Program-made: the position numbers and the translations under genes
Notes under the pieces: generated by a model
The model's input: the letters and a program-made list of their open reading frames with translations, nothing else
Told to the model about the DNA's origin: nothing
The model's database searches: none
Shown here: positions 33,333 through 42,102 of the stretch, piece after piece
Layout: the number at the start of each line of letters is the position of its first letter
Numbering within the stretch: position 1 is the first letter of the stretch
From: a virus
Strand: one strand, 5' to 3'
DNA: 64,000 bases
IMG/VR virus record: IMGVR_UViG_3300045988_107889
Span: 32,001-96,000 of that record

Positions 33333-34499
33333 ATGATTTATGTAACAGCAAGAATTACAGAGCCGTATAAGCAGATTTCTTTAGAGGATATTATGTCTGC
33401 GCTGCTTCAAGATAAACATGTGAGGGAATCGAGATCTCTATATACTAGAACAGTTACATATGAGAGACTGCCCGAGAGAATCCTGGCAGGGTTTGACACG
33501 GGGAAAAAGATTGAGCTGCTGAGAGCATTTAACAAAAAGCATCAGGAACTGCTTGAAAGCGATCTTCATACGCATTACCACAAGTTTTTTATCCCGAAAA
33601 AGAGCGGCGGCATGAGAGAGATTAACGCGCCGGACGACGAGCTGATGAATTGTCTGCGAGAGCTAAAACTGCTGTTAGAATCTGAGTTTTATGCGAGCAG
33701 CCACGCCGCTGCGTACGCTTATGTCAAAAACAGAAGCAGTGTAGATGCAGCAAAAGTCCATCAGTGGAACAAGAGTAAGTGGTATTTAAAGACTGACATC
33801 AGCGGTTTCTTTCCCAACACTACTCCAAAGTTTGTATGGAACGCGCTGTCTACAATTTATCCGTTCTGTCTCATTATGGAGCACAAGAACGGGAGAGAGG
33901 AGCTTAAAAAAGCTCTGTCGCTCTGTTTCTTAGACGGCGGCCTGCCTATGGGGACACCGATCAGCCCGATGCTGACCAACCTGATTATGATTCCATTTGA
34001 TTTTGAGTTCAGTAAGTTTCTGCGCAGCCTACAGGACCCAGCGAACAGCCCTGATAGAAAGGGTAGAAGGTTCGCGTATACCAGATATGCTGACGACATG
34101 AATATTAGCTGTGGTATTGAATTTGATAAGGGGTTTATTATTAGAAAGATTGAAGAGCTATTTAGGCTGTTTGGAGCTAGTTATATCATTAAAGACGAGA
34201 AGACTCATTACGGCCCGTCGTATCATAAGAATTGGGTACTCGGTGTGATGATCAACAAGGACAACCAGATCACGATTGGGTATAAGAAGAAGCGCAACTT
34301 CGAGGCGATGCTTTTCAATTACGCGAAGGACAGAAAGAGCGGAACTTATTGGCCTCTTGAGCAACTGCAATATGTGCTCGGTCTTATGAGCTACTATCGA
34401 ATGGTTAACAGAGGAAGTATTGATGGAGTTATCACTCGCTATAGTCAGAAGTTTGGCTTTGATATTGAAGCCACGATGAAGAAGGATCTCAAAAACTAA
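33333..34499 (+). CDS. retron-type (or Abi/DRT-like) reverse transcriptase
   Basis: 'FFIPKKSGGMREINAPDDEL', 'KTDISGFFPNT', 'GLPMGTPISPMLTNL', 'YTRYADDMNIS' and 'NWVLGVMINKDNQITIG' correspond to RT motifs 1-7, including YADD and a VTG-like box. SD AAGGAGAA. Confidence 0.85.
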   Translation: MIYVTARITEPYKQISLEDIMSALLQDKHVRESRSLYTRTVTYERLPERILAGFDTGKKIELLRAFNKKHQELLESDLHTHYHKFFIPKKSGGMREINAPDDELMNCLRELKLLLESEFYASSHAAAYAYVKNRSSVDAAKVHQWNKSKWYLKTDISGFFPNTTPKFVWNALSTIYPFCLIMEHKNGREELKKALSLCFLDGGLPMGTPISPMLTNLIMIPFDFEFSKFLRSLQDPANSPDRKGRRFAYTRYADDMNISCGIEFDKGFIIRKIEELFRLFGASYIIKDEKTHYGPSYHKNWVLGVMINKDNQITIGYKKKRNFEAMLFNYAKDRKSGTYWPLEQLQYVLGLMSYYRMVNRGSIDGVITRYSQKFGFDIEATMKKDLKN

Positions 34500-34516
34500 A
34501 GGACGAGGTGTCATAT

Positions 34517-34747
34517 ATGAAAACTAAAACAGTATTGTGTAATGAGTGTAGATTCTCTAAGTACAGAGCTGGTATCTCTAGCTCTCTCGCTGCCATGTAC
34601 GGACTCCCTGGGACTCATCCATACCCGACACACACCTGTGAGAAGTATAACGTGGTAAGAGAAAGAAAGGACTACCATGTTCGGCGGCTTCCGATTTGTG
34701 TGAAGGAAAATGGCGGTGAGCAGAAAGACAAGAAGGGTAATGAGTAA
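34517..34747 (+). CDS. small Zn-ribbon-like protein
   Basis: The ATG lies 6 nt after GAGGTG. 'CNECRFSKY...HTCEKYN'. Confidence 0.55.
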   Translation: MKTKTVLCNECRFSKYRAGISSSLAAMYGLPGTHPYPTHTCEKYNVVRERKDYHVRRLPICVKENGGEQKDKKGNE

Positions 34748-34776
34748 TCTTAAAGCAGCTATGCTGGAGGTACTAT

Positions 34777-35187
34777 ATGGTAGATTGGAAGAAAAGTTTT
34801 CAATATGAAGGTATTCACTGGTGGCGGAACGTGTTTGGGATACCTTATTACTTTAAAGAGCGGAGGTACCTTCTGAAACACGGATTCACCAGAGAAGCAG
34901 AATATGATATGCCACTTTGGTTCATCAAAACGATGACGAGAGTAATGACCAGATACTCAGATACACGATGGGGAATCCCAGGCGGATATACTGATGAGGA
35001 ATGGCAGGCGGTTGTTGATAAGATGATTGAATGCCTGAAGAATATGCGGGCGTCAGAATGGTTTGAGAAGGCTCCCGAAGAGATGAGCCTGCTAGAGAGA
35101 GATATGTGGGCACAAAATATGGCCGACAAATACAAGAACGACTTCTTTGATCTGTTCAAAGAAGTCTTTTATCTTCTATGGGATTAG
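34777..35187 (+). CDS. hypothetical protein
   Basis: 136 aa. SD TGGAGGT. Confidence 0.7.
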   Translation: MVDWKKSFQYEGIHWWRNVFGIPYYFKERRYLLKHGFTREAEYDMPLWFIKTMTRVMTRYSDTRWGIPGGYTDEEWQAVVDKMIECLKNMRASEWFEKAPEEMSLLERDMWAQNMADKYKNDFFDLFKEVFYLLWD

Positions 35188-35276
35188 TGGATGAGTGAGT
35201 TGTAGAGTTATGGTTACAAGAAGGATTATCAGGAAGATTTGTTCGTGTGACTTATGAGCTTATGAAGGAGGTTGCT

Positions 35277-35480
35277 ATGGTTAAAGATGCTAAGTTTGTA
35301 ACGGTGTGGAGCGGAGATGTAACTATTACTACTGATTGCAAAGTGGATACGGAAACAAACGAAGTCTTCGATATTGAGTGTGTTGATGTAGATGTTGATA
35401 TTTTGCTTAACGAGTATATCGTTCTTGACGGTAAAGAGCGACTTGTATTTGATAGAGATGGCGAGTATTACATACTCTAA
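35277..35480 (+). CDS. hypothetical protein
   Basis: The ATG at 35277 has SD GAAGGAGG. 67 aa. Confidence 0.6.
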   Translation: MVKDAKFVTVWSGDVTITTDCKVDTETNEVFDIECVDVDVDILLNEYIVLDGKERLVFDRDGEYYIL

Positions 35481-35503
35481 CGAGATGGATTAGGAGGAGC
35501 TTT

Positions 35504-35742
35504 ATGACTTTTATTGTTAATAGAGCAAGTTTGTGGGGTACTGGTTGCCCCTGCGAAGAATCAAAACAAATGACTCTCTTCGATGGTATTAGTAAAAAAG
35601 AAAAAAGTTCTGGACTGTTGAGATAAACTCTCTGGAGGAGCTTATGGATTTCAAGAATAAATACGGAGATATTATTTTACAGGACTCAATCAATGTTAAA
35701 GGATGGTCGGAAGTCCTGATTTATGATGGGTATATTGAGTGA
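35504..35742 (+). pseudogene. small gene split into two ORFs at an A-rich tract (frameshift or slippage)
   Basis: ORF A (35504-35626, SD TAGGAGGAG) stops after 'ISKKEKSSGLLR'. A shift within AGTAAAAAAGAAAAAAG joins it to ORF B (35644-35742), giving '..KKFWTVEINSLEELMDFKNKYGDIIL..'. Confidence 0.4.
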
Positions 35743-35780
35743 CTCTATAAAAATGTAATTTTTAAGTGAAGGATTTAACT

Positions 35781-35993
35781 ATGTTCAAGGCAGGAGATAG
35801 AGTTTGTATTTCTGGTGATACATCGGAACTTTGGATTCATGATTATAATTGTAGAGTTGTTACGGAAGGTACAGTAGGGGTAACACCAAAAAAGTATGAT
35901 AAGAAAATTTATGTTACGCTTGATTCGATTGACGGAGAAGGCGATGTCGGAATCTATGTAAGAAAAAGTAAGGTTAGATTGGTAAGCAATTAA
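35781..35993 (+). CDS. hypothetical SH3-like small protein
   Basis: 'MFKAGDRVCISGD...'. 70 aa. Confidence 0.6.
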   Translation: MFKAGDRVCISGDTSELWIHDYNCRVVTEGTVGVTPKKYDKKIYVTLDSIDGEGDVGIYVRKSKVRLVSN

Positions 35994-36018
35994 AAAAGAT
36001 AATTTGAAAGGAGTAAAT

Positions 36019-36681
36019 ATGAAAAATACAGTTGTACTTGAAATGTTGAAAGAAGGGCGGATTGACGAGCTTAAAAGCTTGTTGACTGATGAAATCTATC
36101 AGGACAGTTTGAAGAAAAATGTTGGTGCGAAAGAACGTTATGCGGCTATGAAACGATACTTTAAGTATGTGGATAAGCCAAATCCGTGTTGTCACTATCC
36201 GTGTGACAACGTTAAAGTGAACGGGGAAATTTACAACGGCTTTGTGGACGGTTATTCCTTTGTAATTACTAAGGAACCGCTTGGTGAGATGGATACATAT
36301 AACGAGGAAGAACATGGCTCGTATTTTAAGCTGGACGGGTTTGTGAACTACACCAATTACACAGAGGTAGACCGAGTTGATCTTAACAAAGTGCTCGCAG
36401 AAGCGAAATCCAAAGGGTACAAATTCAAGAAGGCAGAGACGACACATGACTTCCGGTATATGCTCCGATACAAGGATGGAGGGTATAAGATGTCTCTGCT
36501 GGATAGAGCGTTTAGCATTGTTAATGATGGCAGTGTGGCAAAAGTATACTACAAAGATAGGCTTGGTATGCTGATGATTGAGACTAGTATTGGCATCGCA
36601 GGTATTCTGCCGGTAAATCTGGAGAAGATTGATGCTAGTCAGCGTGAAAAAATCTTTGCGGACGAAATGATTATTCAGTAA
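36019..36681 (+). CDS. hypothetical protein
   Basis: The ATG has SD AAAGGAG. 220 aa. Confidence 0.7.
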   Translation: MKNTVVLEMLKEGRIDELKSLLTDEIYQDSLKKNVGAKERYAAMKRYFKYVDKPNPCCHYPCDNVKVNGEIYNGFVDGYSFVITKEPLGEMDTYNEEEHGSYFKLDGFVNYTNYTEVDRVDLNKVLAEAKSKGYKFKKAETTHDFRYMLRYKDGGYKMSLLDRAFSIVNDGSVAKVYYKDRLGMLMIETSIGIAGILPVNLEKIDASQREKIFADEMIIQ

Positions 36682-36697
36682 GAAAGCAGGTGTAATA

Positions 36698-36955
36698 ATG
36701 AACTTCTATTTGTTAGATGTAAAAAGCGTAGTTAATGTAGACGGCGTTGACGTGCCGTTTGATTATATTAATACATATTTGGATCCTAACGAAGCATATA
36801 TGAGGGGGTTACAACAGAGTTTCAATGAAGACGTGCTGGAAGTGTCCGTACACAGATGGGTTTTGGAACAAGACGGCAATCAGAGACATGATGGTGGCGA
36901 TGACAGCATCCTGTATCGTTTTCTGAACGACAACCATAGAAAGCTGAGGGAATGA
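36698..36955 (+). CDS. hypothetical protein
   Basis: 85 aa. SD AGCAGGTG. Confidence 0.65.
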   Translation: MNFYLLDVKSVVNVDGVDVPFDYINTYLDPNEAYMRGLQQSFNEDVLEVSVHRWVLEQDGNQRHDGGDDSILYRFLNDNHRKLRE

Positions 36956-36957
36956 AA

Positions 36958-37383
36958 ATGGGGATGTATACAGAACTAAACATTGGAGTGAACCTTGCAC
37001 CCTCGACGCCTGACAGCGTCATTGAGGTTCTCAATTACATGCTTGGTAATAAAGAAGACGTGGTTGAAGTACCGGATCATCCGCTGTTTCAGACTGAAAG
37101 ATGGCGGTATATGTTAAAAAGTGGCAGCTATTATTTCGATGGCAGAACTGACAGTTCTATGGTCCGTAATAATATCACGAAGGAATACGAACTAAATGTG
37201 CGTTGTAATCTGAAAAATTATGACGGAGAAATTTCTAAGTTCTTGGACTTTATTTTCCCGTATGTAAGAACGTATGGATTTATTGGTTACACGCGATATG
37301 AGGAGTTCGAGCTTCCGTATCTTATTTGGCGTGGCGAGGATAGAATGCGGCTGCTGGATGTGTACACGAAAGATGGGTGGTAA
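36958..37383 (+). CDS. hypothetical protein
   Basis: The ATG lies 6 nt after GAGGGA (the ORF track starts at 36952). Confidence 0.7.
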   Translation: MGMYTELNIGVNLAPSTPDSVIEVLNYMLGNKEDVVEVPDHPLFQTERWRYMLKSGSYYFDGRTDSSMVRNNITKEYELNVRCNLKNYDGEISKFLDFIFPYVRTYGFIGYTRYEEFELPYLIWRGEDRMRLLDVYTKDGW

Positions 37384-37385
37384 AG

Positions 37386-37565
37386 ATGGTGTATCCGTGT
37401 AAAGACTGCGAAGACAGAGAGGTAGGATGTCATAGTTTTTGCGAGAAATATAAAGAGGCAAAGAAAATGGACAACCGGATTAAGTGGCGAGGACGTATCA
37501 GAAGTGAATACGCGCGGTACTCATTTTTCAGATATAAAGATCGGATTGCTAGAGGTGGCAAATGA
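37386..37565 (+). CDS. small Cys-rich protein
   Basis: 'YPCKDCEDREVGCHSFCEKY'. Start at ATG 37386 or GTG 37377. Confidence 0.55.
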   Translation: MVYPCKDCEDREVGCHSFCEKYKEAKKMDNRIKWRGRIRSEYARYSFFRYKDRIARGGK

Positions 37566-37720
37566 AGTTGTTGTCAAAGTTGTTTTGCAAACACGACTTT
37601 CATTACGTGGCAGGTATAAAGAAGTTTTGTGATAACACAACTATGCCAGACGGGATTGAACTCATTTATCTATGCAAGAAGTGTGGTCGTGTAAAGTACG
37701 TTGTGGTTGGGAGAAAGTGA
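37562..37720 (+). CDS. small Zn-ribbon protein (below the ORF-track cutoff)
   Basis: 52 aa, 'MKLLSKLFCKHDFHYV...LIYLCKKCGRVKYVVVGRK'. ATGA overlap with the upstream stop codon. Confidence 0.5.
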   Translation: MKLLSKLFCKHDFHYVAGIKKFCDNTTMPDGIELIYLCKKCGRVKYVVVGRK

Positions 37721-37727
37721 GGTTTGT

Positions 37728-37952
37728 ATGAAGTACGTTGTAGCTATTACGGAAGAACTCCAGAGAGAACTGGAGGTTGAAGCAGAGAGCAAGGAACAGG
37801 CTTACGAGATTGTGAAGCGCAAGTATAATAATGAGGAGATCGTACTGGACGACAGCGACTATTCTGGTACTGAAATTGATGTATGGGCTGAAGAGGGGTT
37901 AGTCACAAGTAAAGTATTTAACAGATGTAAGATTGGAGGAACTATGGGATGA
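37728..37952 (+). CDS. hypothetical acidic protein
   Basis: The ATG has SD GTGAGG. 74 aa. Confidence 0.65.
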   Translation: MKYVVAITEELQRELEVEAESKEQAYEIVKRKYNNEEIVLDDSDYSGTEIDVWAEEGLVTSKVFNRCKIGGTMG

Positions 37953-38118
37953 TCTAACAGATGTTTCAGTCACTGAAGATGCAGATATGAGAACGGTTCT
38001 TGATGAAGATTGGTATGGTTTTGCAAAAGGGACTGACGTGGAAGATATTTGGAAGCTGTTTGACGAATGCCACAGCAATGGCGTTTATTGGCTGATGTAT
38101 GAACGAAGCACGAAGTGA
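37933..38118 (+). CDS. hypothetical protein
   Basis: 61 aa, TTG start. The 'EELWDDL' N-terminus resembles 'LEELWNNL' in the next gene. Confidence 0.5.
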   Translation: MEELWDDLTDVSVTEDADMRTVLDEDWYGFAKGTDVEDIWKLFDECHSNGVYWLMYERSTK

Positions 38119-38127
38119 GGGTTGCAT

Positions 38128-38403
38128 ATGAATAACATGGCGGATAAAAGGTTAGAAGAACTATGGAATAACCTATATAAAGAAACTGGTTGTGGGGGGC
38201 TGAATTTAATGAATTTTAAGTGCATGAAAGATGTTGGTACTCTGAAAGAGTTCTTGAACAATATCCCCGATGATACGATGTGTGCCCATACTTACTATGG
38301 TTATGATAATCAGTGTAATTACGGTGTTCACGAAGCGGCATTTGTGTATGTTGGGTACGATGAAGAAGAAAATATAATTATGTTTCCCACTGATAGTAGA
38401 TGA
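38128..38403 (+). CDS. hypothetical protein
   Basis: The ATG has SD GTGAGGG. Confidence 0.65.
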   Translation: MNNMADKRLEELWNNLYKETGCGGLNLMNFKCMKDVGTLKEFLNNIPDDTMCAHTYYGYDNQCNYGVHEAAFVYVGYDEEENIIMFPTDSR

Positions 38404-38420
38404 TTGTGGAGGTATGATGA

Positions 38421-38798
38421 ATGCAGACTAAGTTATTTGTGTTATTGGTGATGCTGTTTGCTCACATCGTGGATGATTATTACCTGCAGGGTGTGCTTGC
38501 CAGTATGAAGCAGAAGGATTGGTGGAGAAAGAACTCTCCTGGAGAGAAGTACAGGCACGACTATCTTGCAGCACTGTTTATGCACGCTTCTAGCTGGACG
38601 TTCATGACGATGCTGCCGGTGGCGGTTTATCTGAAGCTCAACCTACCGGTCCTGTTTTTTGTTATGCTGGTAGTGAACTGCGTTATTCACTTTTGTGTTG
38701 ACGACTTGAAGGCGAACTTTAAGAAAATCAACCTGGTTCAGGATCAGCTGATTCATATTTGTCAGATTGTTTTAACATGGATTGTAATGGTGATGTAA
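38421..38798 (+). CDS. integral membrane protein (DUF3307-like)
   Basis: Multi-TM. 'AHIVDDYYLQG' and 'HFCVDDLKA' resemble the H..DD motifs of that family. SD GGAGGT. Confidence 0.7.
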   Translation: MQTKLFVLLVMLFAHIVDDYYLQGVLASMKQKDWWRKNSPGEKYRHDYLAALFMHASSWTFMTMLPVAVYLKLNLPVLFFVMLVVNCVIHFCVDDLKANFKKINLVQDQLIHICQIVLTWIVMVM

Positions 38799-38992
38799 TG
38801 AGATACAAAAAACGAGAAAAAGATATTGACTGGTGGTGCAATTTGACTGGAGTGAAACTGCGTCCGCTTCAGAAATATGCGCTTTCGCTGGCTGCTGGAG
38901 ATGCAATCAGAAGAGCTAGAAGAAAGTATGAGTTAGTGGAAGAGGAGGTAAAAAGAAAGAATGAAGCTAATCAAAAACTCAATTCAGTGTAA
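38798..38992 (+). CDS. hypothetical basic protein
   Basis: TAATG overlap. 64 aa. Confidence 0.55.
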   Translation: MRYKKREKDIDWWCNLTGVKLRPLQKYALSLAAGDAIRRARRKYELVEEEVKRKNEANQKLNSV

Positions 38993-39164
38993 ATGGTGTG
39001 GGGATATTCTTGTCTCTGAGTATACTCACGATTTTAAGATGTGTAGCTGCGGAGCTGTTGGTTGTGATGGCGGCCTGTCTTATCTAAGGAGAAGTTTTAA
39101 AAATTCGCCTGACGATTTTGTTGAGTTGAGCGAGTATAGCCGGGGCGAGGAGAATGGCGAATGA
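38961..39164 (+). CDS. Zn-ribbon protein
   Basis: 'CKWCGDILVSEYTHDFKMCSCGAVGCDGG'. Confidence 0.65.
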   Translation: MKLIKNSIQCKWCGDILVSEYTHDFKMCSCGAVGCDGGLSYLRRSFKNSPDDFVELSEYSRGEENGE

Positions 39165-39406
39165 CAAAAGATGATATCAACAAGATGGGTCTGCGCGAGC
39201 TGAGAGGAGCATTCGTTGAGTTCTGTGGCAATCAAAACTGGGCGACCAGTTCGTGCTGGCGTTCTTGCCCGGTTTACGAAAATGACTGTGGGCAAGTTCA
39301 GTGGCTAGCGTCTATTAGCGAACGAGAAATCAAAGAATTTCTGTCCGGCGTGATAACAAAAGAGGAGGCCGATAATGTTATACATAAAGAAACCGGTAGT
39401 AATTGA
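39161..39406 (+). CDS. hypothetical protein
   Basis: 81 aa. SD GAGGAGAA. Confidence 0.65.
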   Translation: MTKDDINKMGLRELRGAFVEFCGNQNWATSSCWRSCPVYENDCGQVQWLASISEREIKEFLSGVITKEEADNVIHKETGSN

Positions 39407-39644
39407 GGCGTTTCAATTCGGTGAAGAGAAGCCGCTTGACTGGTTTGACGAGGCATGTGAATCTGGTGTGGCGCGAGTATACATCAACGAAGACGGCGAT
39501 ATGTGTGCTGAGTTTGAGACGTTAGAGGGCACTCACCGGGCGAACATGGGAGATTACATTATCCGTGGTGTGAAGGATGAGCTGTATCCGTGCAAGACTG
39601 ATATTTTTGAAATGACTTATGAAAGGGTAGGAAACAACACATGA
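39375..39644 (+). CDS. conserved phage small protein
   Basis: 'GDYIIRGVKDELYPCKTDIFEMTYERV' is a pattern common in small phage proteins. SD GAGGAGG. Confidence 0.75.
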   Translation: MLYIKKPVVIEAFQFGEEKPLDWFDEACESGVARVYINEDGDMCAEFETLEGTHRANMGDYIIRGVKDELYPCKTDIFEMTYERVGNNT

Positions 39645-39955
39645 ATGTTATTGAAAAATTGTACGCCGGAAAGAAGTTGGACGAGTACGAACTGAAATGC
39701 CTTGCGTATGGTGATGGTGACTTGGGAGAGTACGAATGGATTGATGAGGTCGGGTGCGACTCTGGCAGATGGGCGCAGTCTATGGAAACTATCTTCCAGG
39801 TCGGTAATGATCTTTGGGCGATTCCGTGGCAGCGGGGGCTTACAGAGTATCAGGAAAATGAGTTTTATGACCAGCCGTACAGAGTGGTTAAGAAAACGAG
39901 AGTTATCACCGAGACGTATTACGAAACACTGGGAGGAACGGAAGTCACGATGTGA
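39641..39955 (+). CDS. hypothetical protein
   Basis: 104 aa. 4-nt overlap with the upstream gene. Confidence 0.7.
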   Translation: MNVIEKLYAGKKLDEYELKCLAYGDGDLGEYEWIDEVGCDSGRWAQSMETIFQVGNDLWAIPWQRGLTEYQENEFYDQPYRVVKKTRVITETYYETLGGTEVTM

Positions 39956-39967
39956 GAGGGTGTAGCC

Positions 39968-40219
39968 ATGGTACATATTATTTCAAATAAAGACGTTCGG
40001 TATCAGGACTTCTTTGCGGAATCCTTAGACGAGATCAGTAGCGTGATTAGCGACGTAACGAGCATTGCTATTGTTGCTATTGGTAAAGATACGGAGGAGA
40101 TTTATTCTAATTACTACGAGTGTACTCCGACAACTGCCCACATGCTGGCTGGCGTTATCCAGCAAGATGCAACCGAGGCTATTATTGATGAAAGGTTGGG
40201 GTTTGATGGAGCTTATTAA
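39968..40219 (+). CDS. hypothetical protein
   Basis: 83 aa. SD GAGAGGGTG. Confidence 0.65.
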   Translation: MVHIISNKDVRYQDFFAESLDEISSVISDVTSIAIVAIGKDTEEIYSNYYECTPTTAHMLAGVIQQDATEAIIDERLGFDGAY

Positions 40220-40529
40220 AGACTGGTCTATTGAATATATTTTCTTTGAGCACCGATATCCGGTGCTATTTTTAAGCTCATCTAAAGGTGAGCTTTTCTT
40301 ATGCTGCCGAAGTGAAGATGAGAGTTGCGTGTCTACGAAGGTGTCCGTTAACCACTGTAGAAAAATGCTAACAAACAAGCTAACAATTCGAGAGGCTTTT
40401 ACTAAGTCAGAAAGTCCGATATTCCTAGAAGAGCAGCGACGTGGTGGACTTGTCTATACTATGATTAGCCCGCAACATCCGGCTCTTCCGACACAGGGAT
40501 GTATTTTGATGCAGACCAAAAGGAGGTAG
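40206..40529 (+). CDS. hypothetical protein
   Basis: Internal ATG of the ORF-track ORF 40065-40529. Its upstream part overlaps the previous gene in another frame. Confidence 0.6.
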   Translation: MELIKDWSIEYIFFEHRYPVLFLSSSKGELFLCCRSEDESCVSTKVSVNHCRKMLTNKLTIREAFTKSESPIFLEEQRRGGLVYTMISPQHPALPTQGCILMQTKRR

Positions 40530-40535
40530 AAGAAT

Positions 40536-40769
40536 TTGAGCGATTTCGAGAGAGGCGGTTTGAAAGCTACGTGTAGGACGTTAAATGTAATAAGATTTGA
40601 CGACCCTCCCGATATATTTTGCCCCCTAAGTAGGAAGGAATATGGTGTATGTGATAGCCATTGTGCTTGGCTTCAAATGGTTTTAACTCCTTCTGGGCCG
40701 AGAAAAATGTGTGCAATTTCAGTAATAGCAAAATCTTTGAGCGACCTGAATTCCAAAATAATGAGGTAA
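40536..40769 (+). CDS. hypothetical protein
   Basis: TTG start 9 nt after AAGGAGG. Confidence 0.5.
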   Translation: MSDFERGGLKATCRTLNVIRFDDPPDIFCPLSRKEYGVCDSHCAWLQMVLTPSGPRKMCAISVIAKSLSDLNSKIMR

Positions 40770-40776
40770 GAAAGAA

Positions 40777-40962
40777 ATGGGGAAGGCTAAAAGAAAACCG
40801 CGCCCTTCTATGCCGCGTTGGGTATGGTTGGGCAGAGATGGGTGCTGGTTTTGCAGGGACACGAACAACTGCAACCAGTGCAAAGCGAACAGAATGACAG
40901 CCAAAAAGAGTAAGCAAAAGAAGTATAAAGGAAAGCATATGAAAATGGAAAAGGAGTGGTGA
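40777..40962 (+). CDS. small basic Cys-containing protein
   Basis: 'GCWFCRDTNNCNQCK' with a K-rich tail. Confidence 0.55.
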   Translation: MGKAKRKPRPSMPRWVWLGRDGCWFCRDTNNCNQCKANRMTAKKSKQKKYKGKHMKMEKEW

Positions 40963-40974
40963 GTCCGCTATTAC

Positions 40975-41430
40975 ATGAAAGTTCTGTTCTTAGATGTAGA
41001 TGGTGTTTTAAATAAAGCGAACACAAAAGAAAAGACTGCGACCGGGTATGACTTCGTTGAAGACGTGTTCGTCCGCCGACTAAAGGACATTGTAGATCAA
41101 ACTGGGTGCAAAATTGTTCTATCAAGCGACTGGAGGTATGATGCTCATACTGAGTTAAATCCAGAACTTGATGAGTTGGAAGACAAACTGGCTGAATACG
41201 GTCTGGTTCTATACAGTTTTACACCGATTATAAACAATCATAGAGGGCGGGAGATTCAGTCGTGGTTAGATGCTCATATGGGTGTAAGTAGCTTTGTTAT
41301 ATTAGATGACAGGGGTGATACGGAGCCGAACGAAGAGCGTCTGGTGCGGACTCTATTTAGTCACGGGTTGACTGAAGAAAATAAGCGGGAAGCGATAAAA
41401 GTATTGAATGGAGTGAATGCAAATGAGTGA
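40975..41430 (+). CDS. HAD-superfamily phosphatase-like protein
   Basis: 'VLFLDVDGVLN' (DxDG nucleophile motif), '..VLSSDWR' and '..VILDDR'. Confidence 0.75.
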   Translation: MKVLFLDVDGVLNKANTKEKTATGYDFVEDVFVRRLKDIVDQTGCKIVLSSDWRYDAHTELNPELDELEDKLAEYGLVLYSFTPIINNHRGREIQSWLDAHMGVSSFVILDDRGDTEPNEERLVRTLFSHGLTEENKREAIKVLNGVNANE

Positions 41431-41641
41431 CAGCTACGAGAAGCGTCTTCCCACTGCGGAGGAATACAGAGAAGCAGAAGGTATGACGCTACTAGGGTGG
41501 TCAAACTGGTCTAATCCTATGTATCTTTGTCCGTGCGGCGGAAATATGCGTAAGAATTTGACGATCAGATTGTGTACAGAACCAGAAGCCTATATGTATG
41601 TATGCGACAAATGCGGCCATATAGAGTATCAGTTTGTGTAA
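41417..41641 (+). CDS. Zn-ribbon protein
   Basis: 'CPCGG...VCDKCGH'. Confidence 0.6.
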   Translation: MQMSDSYEKRLPTAEEYREAEGMTLLGWSNWSNPMYLCPCGGNMRKNLTIRLCTEPEAYMYVCDKCGHIEYQFV

Positions 41642-41656
41642 CAAGGAGGGATTCTA

Positions 41657-41953
41657 GTGGAACATATCGTACAGTTTGGCATTACGATTGACGACGAATA
41701 CATCAAGAAAAGCATTGAACAAGGGGCTGAGAACGCTATCACTAAGGAAATGGCGGAGCAAGTGCGCAATGTCCTGATTATGAAGTGGTGCGGAAATGAT
41801 GAGCCAACGATATACTTTGACAAAAAACTCACAGAGGTAATCAATGAACATAAGGATGAGATTATCGAGCTTGCTGCTGATAGACTGGCTGAAAGACTCA
41901 GAAGAACCAGAGCGGTAAAGAATGCCGTAAAAAATTTGGAGGAGGATGCTTAA
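41657..41953 (+). CDS. hypothetical protein
   Basis: GTG start after AAGGAGGG. Confidence 0.6.
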   Translation: MEHIVQFGITIDDEYIKKSIEQGAENAITKEMAEQVRNVLIMKWCGNDEPTIYFDKKLTEVINEHKDEIIELAADRLAERLRRTRAVKNAVKNLEEDA

Positions 41954-41954
41954 T

Positions 41955-42101
41955 ATGAACTACTTTGTTACGTTCAATAATAGCTGTGAGGTCGTCGAAC
42001 TGAGTTCAGAACATGACTTTATCGCTTTCCTCAAAGAAGAGATGCGCAAATGCGAGAAGGCAAAGGAAAGCGGCTTTGAGATTATGATTATGGGTGGCTA
42101 A
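41955..42101 (+). CDS. small hypothetical protein (48 aa, ends ..IMIMGG)
   Basis: Below the ORF-track cutoff. The ATG lies 2 nt after the upstream stop codon. Confidence 0.4.
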   Translation: MNYFVTFNNSCEVVELSSEHDFIAFLKEEMRKCEKAKESGFEIMIMGG

Positions 42102-42102
42102 T

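Noticed and set aside
33333-34499. RT as a diversity-generating retroelement (DGR) or a group II intron protein
   Set aside because: Motif 4 reads GTPISP, which is retron/group II-like rather than the DGR [LIV]GxxxSQ. I saw no TR/VR repeat pair. I saw no X/maturase or En domain and no domain V-like hairpin in the short gap after the gene, which is followed 17 nt later by the next gene. The upstream 460 nt is too short for group II domains I-III.
41955-42101. 48-aa ORF ending in Gly-Gly as a ubiquitin-like modifier
   Set aside because: It is too short for a beta-grasp fold. It lies 9 kb from the E1/JAB genes and in a different gene block. The GG ending is probably coincidental.
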